Below are positions 56,216 to 62,515 of a DNA stretch of 62,515 nucleotides, piece after piece. The translations under genes were made by a program, and so were the position numbers. Positions within the stretch are counted from its first letter, which is position 1. Each line of letters starts with the position of its first letter. The DNA comes from an uncultured Methanosarcinales archaeon (GTDB lineage Archaea; Nanobdellota; Nanobdellia; Woesearchaeales; DATDXC01): contig CAZDZV010000009.1 of the NCBI GenBank assembly GCA_964510025.1, positions 1-62,515 on the forward strand, written 5' to 3'. Under the pieces are notes generated by a model. That model was not told the origin of the DNA and made no database searches. It was given only the letters and a program-made list of their open reading frames with translations.

Positions 56216-57055
56216 ATGTTTATGATAAAGGAAGTTTCAAAGACGGCTGTTTTAAGGCTCATAGTAAATGAGCACTACAGAAAAAGCTTACCACGATTAA
56301 ATAAAACCTTTCTGGGGTGGTATGTCGGAGATAAATTAGTAGCTGCCATGTCTTTAGGCTGGGGCGTCAGACCACTGCATACAATAAGAAAATTATTCCC
56401 AAGCTTAACAAGTCAAGACTATTTTGAGATTGGAAGGCTATGTCTTCTTGGGGATATGCCTAAAAACTCTGAAAGTCATTTCATTTCTCAATGTATGGAT
56501 TATGTGAAGAAGAACTATCTCGATATTAAGCTAATTTTCACATGGGCAGATGGCTTGCTCGGAAAACCTGGATATGTATATCAGGCTTCGAATTTTCTTT
56601 TCGGAGGTCATATTTGGACAGATGCATATTTCTCAACTAATGGTGAATGCATTCATCCTAGGACCAGCAGCAAGGTGGGAGGAAGGCTCGGTATTCAAGA
56701 GTCAAAGAACATCAAACATTTCTGGGGGAAACAGTTCAGGTATGTGTATTTCCTTTGTTCTAACAAGGAGAGAAAGCAGCTTCTCGATGAAAGCCCAATT
56801 GATTGGACTATGAATTATCCCAAAGCAGTTGATCTTGAATGGAAGAAATCTGTGGGTGGCAAGAGAATCAATTGCCAAGCTCCTTTTTATGATAAATCAT
56901 GTAATGATTTTAGTGATAATGCAAAAGCAAATTTGAGTTTTATCCAAAACAAGTCTTTGTTGAATTTCATTTATGCGGGGAAGGACTCAAGAGAGAGTCA
57001 TCAGTTTTCCAAACTGAAGGGGCTGGGGCAGTTCCAGCTCTCCGCACTACAATAA
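56216..57055 (+). CDS. Mom-family adenine-modifying GNAT-fold protein
   Basis: HY, EIGRLCL, PKNSESHFIS, IFTWAD...GYVYQASNFLFGG, HPR, KQFRYVYFL, YPK: motif order typical of phage Mu Mom homologs. Confidence 0.8.
   Translation: MFMIKEVSKTAVLRLIVNEHYRKSLPRLNKTFLGWYVGDKLVAAMSLGWGVRPLHTIRKLFPSLTSQDYFEIGRLCLLGDMPKNSESHFISQCMDYVKKNYLDIKLIFTWADGLLGKPGYVYQASNFLFGGHIWTDAYFSTNGECIHPRTSSKVGGRLGIQESKNIKHFWGKQFRYVYFLCSNKERKQLLDESPIDWTMNYPKAVDLEWKKSVGGKRINCQAPFYDKSCNDFSDNAKANLSFIQNKSLLNFIYAGKDSRESHQFSKLKGLGQFQLSALQ
56975..57046 (+). ncRNA. tRNA-Gly(UCC)-like cloverleaf, non-canonical, embedded in the 3' end of the Mom-family ORF
   Basis: Acceptor GCGGGGA/TCTCCGC + A73; D-arm GACTC-AAGAGA-GAGTC; anticodon arm TCAGT-TTTCCAA-ACTGA; 4-nt variable loop; T-arm GCTGG-GGCAGTT-CCAGC; 72 nt. 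Confidence 0.8.
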
Positions 57056-57075
57056 ATCATTGGAGGTAAGCAAAA

Positions 57076-57339
57076 ATGCTAGGCAAAGAATTAGAAAAAT
57101 ATGAAAGAAAAAAAGTAGTTTTGTATGTTAAGGCAAATGAAAAAGCAGAGAGATTCTATCTGATTCTGATGAGGCTTTCTGACAACGGCATTGAATGTAT
57201 AGATGCAAGAGGGCGAAATATGACCTTTAGCTTTGAGGCAGTGGAAGGTATATCAGAGATGACAGCTAAACAGAAAGAGAAGTTTGACTACATAAGACAC
57301 GGAAAAGCAGGCATTCAAAATGATTTATCTTCATATTAA
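57076..57339 (+). CDS. Small beta-barrel (Sm/SH3-like) hypothetical protein
   Basis: GGAGGT RBS; short beta-strand pattern. Confidence 0.55.
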   Translation: MLGKELEKYERKKVVLYVKANEKAERFYLILMRLSDNGIECIDARGRNMTFSFEAVEGISEMTAKQKEKFDYIRHGKAGIQNDLSSY

Positions 57340-57366
57340 TTGTGTGCATATTGGAGGTGTGTACAG

Positions 57367-60297
57367 GTGGCAGATGAGAAAGAAGTAATTATCAGATTTA
57401 TTCAATTGTGCAGTAATGAATGCATTGAGGGCTGGGCTAAAGAAAGAAAATACAGCATTGCACTTCTGAAAGAGCTAAACATAGGTTGTTGCACATTGGA
57501 TGTTATGAACACGCTTATTCAAGAATTTGGCAAAGAGATATTACAGCAGCTAAAATTTATCCAGCAGGGAAAATTCAAATATGTTAATAGGATAATAATT
57601 CCTTATACAAAGAGATATTTTGCAGCCAGGTCCAAGTTGTCTGGTGTGAAATACAAGAATCTTTTCCCTATCGATCTTAAGAAAGAACCATTCTACATCA
57701 AAGGAGATGAGGATTCACCCTGCATCATAGTTGAGGGTGAAACAGACGCTATTGCTCTTAAGCATATATACCTCACTTACAATATATTCTCAATTGGTGG
57801 AACAACTTCCACCAGTCTATTAACAAAACTTAATGATTATTACAAAGGAAATGATATACTTTTATGTTTTGATAATGATTCGGCAGGTGGGGAAGCATTA
57901 AACAAATCAATAAGGATATTGAATCAGAAGAAATTAAGTAAACTTACATTTCCAGAACAATACAAGGATATTGATGAGTTCTTTAAATCAGGAGATATAG
58001 ATACTATAAGGAAAGCATTAAGCATAGTTGAATTAGAGTTTGAGGACATAGAACCAAAAACACCTGTTGAGCATCCACACGATCTTCAATCCATATATGA
58101 TAACATTAAGAAATGCAAAGCATATGCTAATATGCTTGTTAATACCCAGAATTGGAGAGAAAGGGGCTGGTTGACGCTTCTATTAAAGAATAAATATGGA
58201 TTATCTCAAGAGGAATTAATCTCATTCTATGAACAATACAATGAATGGGAAGATTATGATCCTGAAATAACAGCAAGGGAAGTTGCAAGATACTTTAACA
58301 AAGAAACCAGCAGTGGGAAGTTAGAGAAGTTTGTAAGTAAACGCAAGCTAATTGAACAGGGATACTGCATGGAGAATTGTGCAGATTGTCCGATCTATTC
58401 TGAAGCAAATATCATGGCTCCAAGAGCTGCTTTGAATAATGGATATTCCTTAACGATATTCAAAGACAAAGACAAGTTCAAGATTCAAATAAGGGATTCT
58501 AATGAGACCATAAAGGCAGTGGTTTCAGCAAAGGATGAAGATATTCTTGACATGCCTTCAGTTGAAAATAAGCTTATCCAGAAATTACGATTACTAAAGG
58601 TAGCAAAAGACAAGGATGGTGCTGAACTTCTGGTCATGAATGCCTATGAAGAACTTCGTAAATCCTTTGAAGAATATTTAAGCATTATTGAGAAAGATGA
58701 GAATTTCTTGAGTGATGATGAGATTAATAGCAATATGAGTGTGGTAGAGGAAGAAGAAGCACTAAATCTCTTGAATGATGCAGCCATCTTATTGAAGATA
58801 TTAGAGTTTAAAGAAAATAGGCTTGGTCATGCTGGTGAATATAATAACTGCATATTGTTGTTGCTGACTTACACTTCAAGAAAACTGAGAAAACCTATTG
58901 GCATTATTGTGAAAGGCGATTCTGCAGGTGGAAAAAGCTTTACAGCAATGACAATGATCTTATTTGTTCCTACTGAAGATATCAGAGATTTTACTCGAAT
59001 TACGCCTCAAGACTTGTTTTATGTTAAGCAAGACTACTTAAAAAATAAGTTATTGATAATATTTGAACGACCTGGTGCTGAAGGAAGTGATTATAGCATA
59101 AGGACTTTGCAAAGCGAAAGAAAGCTGAAGCTGGGTATTCCTTTAAAAAATCCAAGAACAGGAGATATTGAGCATAGAGAAAAGATAGTTGAGGGTCCTG
59201 TAGCTTATGTTGAAACAACAACTAAATCAACTATTCATGCTGAAAATGAAACTAGAGTTTTTAGTTGTTTCATTGATGACAGTGAAGAACAAACAATAGC
59301 CATATTTGAGAAAGATAATCAAAATATTATCCCAATTGATGTTGAAAAGCAAAAGGAATCTATGCGTTTGTTTAAGAATACTCAAAGACTGTTAAAGCAA
59401 TACGATGTAATTGTGCCTTTCAAACAATTTATTGAGTTTCCCAAAAAACCATTAAGAGTAAGAAGGGATAGAAATCAATTCTTGGCAATAATTGATGCAT
59501 GTGCTTTATTACACCAGAACCAAAGAGAGAAGATTAAGATCGGTGAAACAGAATATCTGATTGCTAATTTCTTTGATTATGGTGTTGCCTTAATTCTTTC
59601 ACTAAATATACTCAAGGATATTGTGAGTGGTTTGCCTGGCAAGAGTAAGGAGCTTCTTGATGCGGCAACAAGGCTACATAATGCTGGCAAGATAAATAAT
59701 ATCACATATAAAGATTTGATGAAAGAATTGGATTGGTCTAAAGGCAAGATTTCTCAAAACATTGGACCTTGTTATGACCAAGGATATCTCACAGCAATTC
59801 AGAGCGGAAAAGGCAAGAAAACAATATTAGGAGTAGAACATAACACAAGACCCGAGTGTTCATTAGTGTTTATTAAACAGTTAGAGGACTTATTCAGGGT
59901 AAAAGAAAGTGAAATAGCCAAAAAGCTGGGTAGAGTTAGCGTTTACAATGAGAACAACAGTAATTTTGTCACAGAGAATGAAAAATACAAGAAAATTCTC
60001 ACAACCCTGTATGCTCTTTGCCTAAACAGAAACACCTCTCTGGAAATCCTTAAAGAAAGCCCAGATGTGCTCAAAGAGGCTGAAAACTGTTTACTAAATG
60101 GTTTTACACAGTCTCAAGATATTCCTATTAAAAGAGAAGAAACCTTCACCAAGCTACCTTCTGGGGAGGTTGGAAAATGCAGCTACTGTGGTAGAGACAG
60201 CTATCTTGAATACAAAGATCAGGATGGCAACTATTGTTGTAAGCAATGTAAAGGTGATTCTTTATCTGTGGAGGAGGAATCAATATCAGATTCATAA
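57367..60297 (+). CDS. Primase-ATPase fusion replication protein (TOPRIM + P-loop + wHTH + Zn finger)
   Basis: IIVEGETDAIAL, CFDNDSAG, KDIDEF; GDSAGGKS Walker A, ENETR; C-terminal CSYC...CCKQC; GGAGGTG RBS before GTG 57367. Confidence 0.85.
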   Translation: MADEKEVIIRFIQLCSNECIEGWAKERKYSIALLKELNIGCCTLDVMNTLIQEFGKEILQQLKFIQQGKFKYVNRIIIPYTKRYFAARSKLSGVKYKNLFPIDLKKEPFYIKGDEDSPCIIVEGETDAIALKHIYLTYNIFSIGGTTSTSLLTKLNDYYKGNDILLCFDNDSAGGEALNKSIRILNQKKLSKLTFPEQYKDIDEFFKSGDIDTIRKALSIVELEFEDIEPKTPVEHPHDLQSIYDNIKKCKAYANMLVNTQNWRERGWLTLLLKNKYGLSQEELISFYEQYNEWEDYDPEITAREVARYFNKETSSGKLEKFVSKRKLIEQGYCMENCADCPIYSEANIMAPRAALNNGYSLTIFKDKDKFKIQIRDSNETIKAVVSAKDEDILDMPSVENKLIQKLRLLKVAKDKDGAELLVMNAYEELRKSFEEYLSIIEKDENFLSDDEINSNMSVVEEEEALNLLNDAAILLKILEFKENRLGHAGEYNNCILLLLTYTSRKLRKPIGIIVKGDSAGGKSFTAMTMILFVPTEDIRDFTRITPQDLFYVKQDYLKNKLLIIFERPGAEGSDYSIRTLQSERKLKLGIPLKNPRTGDIEHREKIVEGPVAYVETTTKSTIHAENETRVFSCFIDDSEEQTIAIFEKDNQNIIPIDVEKQKESMRLFKNTQRLLKQYDVIVPFKQFIEFPKKPLRVRRDRNQFLAIIDACALLHQNQREKIKIGETEYLIANFFDYGVALILSLNILKDIVSGLPGKSKELLDAATRLHNAGKINNITYKDLMKELDWSKGKISQNIGPCYDQGYLTAIQSGKGKKTILGVEHNTRPECSLVFIKQLEDLFRVKESEIAKKLGRVSVYNENNSNFVTENEKYKKILTTLYALCLNRNTSLEILKESPDVLKEAENCLLNGFTQSQDIPIKREETFTKLPSGEVGKCSYCGRDSYLEYKDQDGNYCCKQCKGDSLSVEEESISDS

Positions 60298-60312
60298 AAA
60301 ACTTTAGGAGGA

Positions 60313-60678
60313 TTGATAAAAATGGAAATAGCAGTTGAGAAATCGAATAAGTTGAAAGATGGACTGCACCAAGGAGTTATTGTTGATGTGCAGTATCGGG
60401 ACCAACCATTCGAGTACACAGATGTCCTGATTGAAGCAGAGGGAGCAAAGCTAAAAGCTGGATATCCGACAAAGATAATGAAAAACAGTAAATTGGGTAA
60501 GTTGTTACAGCGATTCGGTTCAGAACTTGTTGAAGGAAATACAATAGACCCTAATAAAGTGTTAGTAGGGAAGCAATGTAATTTTATGACTATGACCAAG
60601 GACAGCGAAAACGGTTCATTTGCAACAGTAATTAGCGATTCAGTAAAACCAATGGAAGAAAAAGTAGGGGATAAATAA
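60313..60678 (+). CDS. Putative OB-fold single-stranded DNA-binding protein of viral/plasmid type
   Basis: DGLHQGVIVDV, SKLGKLLQRFG, LVGKQC pattern; follows the primase gene. Confidence 0.55.
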   Translation: MIKMEIAVEKSNKLKDGLHQGVIVDVQYRDQPFEYTDVLIEAEGAKLKAGYPTKIMKNSKLGKLLQRFGSELVEGNTIDPNKVLVGKQCNFMTMTKDSENGSFATVISDSVKPMEEKVGDK

Positions 60679-60690
60679 ATCCCCTATTTT
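60665..60690 (+). terminator. Stem-loop followed by T-run
   Basis: TAGGGGAT-AAATAA-ATCCCCTA-TTTT at the end of the SSB-like gene. Confidence 0.5.
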
Positions 60691-60718
60691 ATGTAACATT
60701 ATGTAACTGGTATGTAAA

Positions 60719-61300
60719 ATGCAAAGATGGGAAAGAGATGAAATAATACTGAAAGAGAAGATTGATTATTTGAAGAAAGCCTTGATTAGCTACAAGAAGG
60801 CAAATAAGCAACTTCAATATAAGAACCAGGAATTAAGAAAATTAATTGACAAGAATAGTTTAGTTAGTGAGAAACAACATCTAGAATATGAACTTGACAG
60901 AATGAAACAACAACTTAACTCAATAAGAAAGAATTATCAGTTAAGGATAGATAGGTTAGAAACCACTATTAAAGAGCAATCAGCTGATATAATTCATAAA
61001 GAAGCCCTAACACTTTGGAAAAGAGGAAGAAGTTTATCTGCTAATGAGATTTTGATAATGCAAATCCTTAAAGCCTGTGAGAAAAAGCCTAGCATTTCTC
61101 AAATAGAATTGTTATCAAAACTTCCCAGACAGACTACATATGATACAGTTGGATATTTAAGAAAGAAAGGGTTGATAAAAACAATTAAGAAAGGCAAATG
61201 CAGATTAGTTTCATTAAAAGAAAAACATATTCCGAATAATATTCCCAACAATTCTTCAAAAAAGTTAGACGGGACTGATCATAACAATAAACACGGTTGA
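60719..61300 (+). CDS. Coiled-coil + winged-HTH protein
   Basis: N-terminal heptads; ISQIELLSKLPRQTTYDTVGYLRKKGLI. Confidence 0.7.
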   Translation: MQRWERDEIILKEKIDYLKKALISYKKANKQLQYKNQELRKLIDKNSLVSEKQHLEYELDRMKQQLNSIRKNYQLRIDRLETTIKEQSADIIHKEALTLWKRGRSLSANEILIMQILKACEKKPSISQIELLSKLPRQTTYDTVGYLRKKGLIKTIKKGKCRLVSLKEKHIPNNIPNNSSKKLDGTDHNNKHG

Positions 61301-61358
61301 TTATGCTTACGGTCAGAAGATCCAATATTTTAAATACCTGGTCGAGATCATTTATTTT

Positions 61359-61802
61359 ATGGTCATTTACAACATATCATATTTTAAGCCGATGAGTAAC
61401 CAGACAAAAGCAAAACTCAAGCAGGACCCAAAGGGTAAGCATTTGTTAAATGGTGAGAACTTACATTCTATGGTAAGCCTTGGTAGGGGGTTTATTTGTT
61501 CTGAAAAACATAAGAGATATGGTTGGTTTGATAAACTGATAAAGTCTGAAAAATATAAGGTTGCTGCAGTTCTTTCAGGGAAATGTAAGAATCCTGGTAG
61601 GTATTCAATAACAGCTAATATAAAGAGCAAAAGAAAAGGTCACCAATTAAAGCATGTTGCTAATGTTACTTTGAACAATCAAGACTTTAAGAAAAAGAAA
61701 GAATATGTAAAAGAGGCTATATCCATAATTCAACCTGTTCCACAACATGGAACAGTCCCTAAAAAGGCTAAAGAACTATCAATAAGGGATATATTTGAAT
61801 GA
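61359..61802 (+). CDS. Hypothetical basic protein
   Basis: 147-aa Lys-rich ORF co-oriented with the element. Confidence 0.55.
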   Translation: MVIYNISYFKPMSNQTKAKLKQDPKGKHLLNGENLHSMVSLGRGFICSEKHKRYGWFDKLIKSEKYKVAAVLSGKCKNPGRYSITANIKSKRKGHQLKHVANVTLNNQDFKKKKEYVKEAISIIQPVPQHGTVPKKAKELSIRDIFE

Positions 61803-62202
61803 TCCAATGAAGTATAGAAATTAATATATAGCTCCTTTGCCTTATGTTCATCATTCAATCATGCATTCATTCTAGAGATAGGTCTGGCAACAAGGAGTCG
61901 GGGATTTTTTGCCACAACGGTTAATAAATCACCTCCAATGAAGTTTAACTTTCGTGAAATTCTCCCCGACTTCCTCTTTATTTTAGAGGTCTTAATTTCA
62001 TTATTGGTCTGTTATAGAAATAGAAATCAAACCTGTATTTATCATAACTTTGGGCTGCCCAGCTAACTAATGCATCATTATCAAGTAAGCTGGAAATCTT
62101 CCATCCCATTGAGGGCAGGGAAGTTGAGATGGTACGGCTTGCTATAGAAATAATAAGATTATAAAAAAAAGACTATAAATTTTATCTAAAATTATCAATA
62201 AT

Positions 62203-62515
62203 CTAGATAGTTGCTCCAAACAGTAATCCTCCAATTGTTGCATAAACTATGACGAGCCCTACATAAACAGCTGTTTTCTTTGTTCCAAGAACGCCTCTTA
62301 CTACTAGCATGTTTGGTAAGCTTAAGCTAGGTCCCGCCAGTAGTAATGCTAGTGCAGGTCCTGAGTGCATTCCTTTAGCTATGAGTGCTTGTAAGATAGG
62401 TATTTCTGTTAATGTTGAGAAATACATGAATGCTCCAAATATTGATGCAACCAAGTTTCCTATGACTGTGTTTTGTCCAACCAGATTGGTGATTATGGTT
62501 TCGGGGAGTAATGGC
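62203..62515 (-). CDS. DUF318/ArsP-family permease, 5'-partial
   Basis: MYFSTLTEIPI, GM..GPALALLLAGPSLSLP. Confidence 0.88.
   Translation of the reverse strand, partial: PLLPETIITNLVGQNTVIGNLVASIFGAFMYFSTLTEIPILQALIAKGMHSGPALALLLAGPSLSLPNMLVVRGVLGTKKTAVYVGLVIVYATIGGLLFGATI

Larger units (their letters stand above)
47100..62150. mobile_element. AT-rich genomic island (cassette-like array plus integrated element); boundaries approximate
   Basis: Visible composition and codon shift after ~47.1 kb; defence, recombinase and replication genes. Confidence 0.75.

Noticed and set aside
56975..57046. tRNA-like element as a UGA suppressor explaining the two in-frame TGA codons
   Set aside because: The anticodon is UCC (Gly), not UCA, and the missing elbow motifs argue against use on the ribosome.
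56975..57046. Canonical tRNA-Gly gene or integration att site
   Set aside because: It lacks U8, D-loop GG and the T-psi-C loop, lies in the middle of the element inside an ORF, and has no second partial copy in the window.
47070..62130. att-like direct repeat between TCCCAATCAGGGAAAC (~47077) and TCCCATTGAGGGCAGGGAAG (~62104)
   Set aside because: The similarity is too short and gapped to call island boundaries.
1..62515. Genome-wide alternative genetic code (UGA as sense)
   Set aside because: Many conserved genes end at TGA with ATGA coupling to the next gene (e.g. purL, purQ, mtnA).

Overview
Archaeal genomic window, most consistent with a DPANN (Woesearchaeota-like) genome; this is inferred from the rpl21e-rpo4-DUF655 cluster, a PAC2 chaperone, TTTAWA promoters and GGAGGTG ribosome-binding sites. 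Bases 1 to ~47,050 are host backbone of moderate GC. They carry a long minus-strand stress/redox operon (including a CBS+HPF hibernation-factor-like protein and a truncated GDH paralog), an MTA/5'-deoxyadenosine deamination-salvage cluster, pyrG, most of a folate-dependent de novo purine pathway, and a tandemly duplicated three-gene microprotein operon that the ORF track misses. From ~47,100 the sequence becomes clearly AT-rich. It first holds a cassette-like array: an HNH nuclease, a pbeABC-like defence locus with a truncated SMC ATPase, and membrane/surface genes, separated by hairpin-rich spacers and mostly bracketed by short inverted repeats. It then holds an integrated virus/plasmid-like element with a tyrosine recombinase, Hjc-like resolvase, Mom-family DNA-modifying GNAT, primase-ATPase fusion and SSB-like protein. 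The most striking observation is a complete but non-canonical tRNA-Gly(UCC)-like cloverleaf (56975-57046) inside the 3' end of the Mom-family gene. It suggests a DNA adenine hypermodification module that carries its own glycyl-tRNA donor. All calls come from reading the sequence and motifs by eye; no searches were run.
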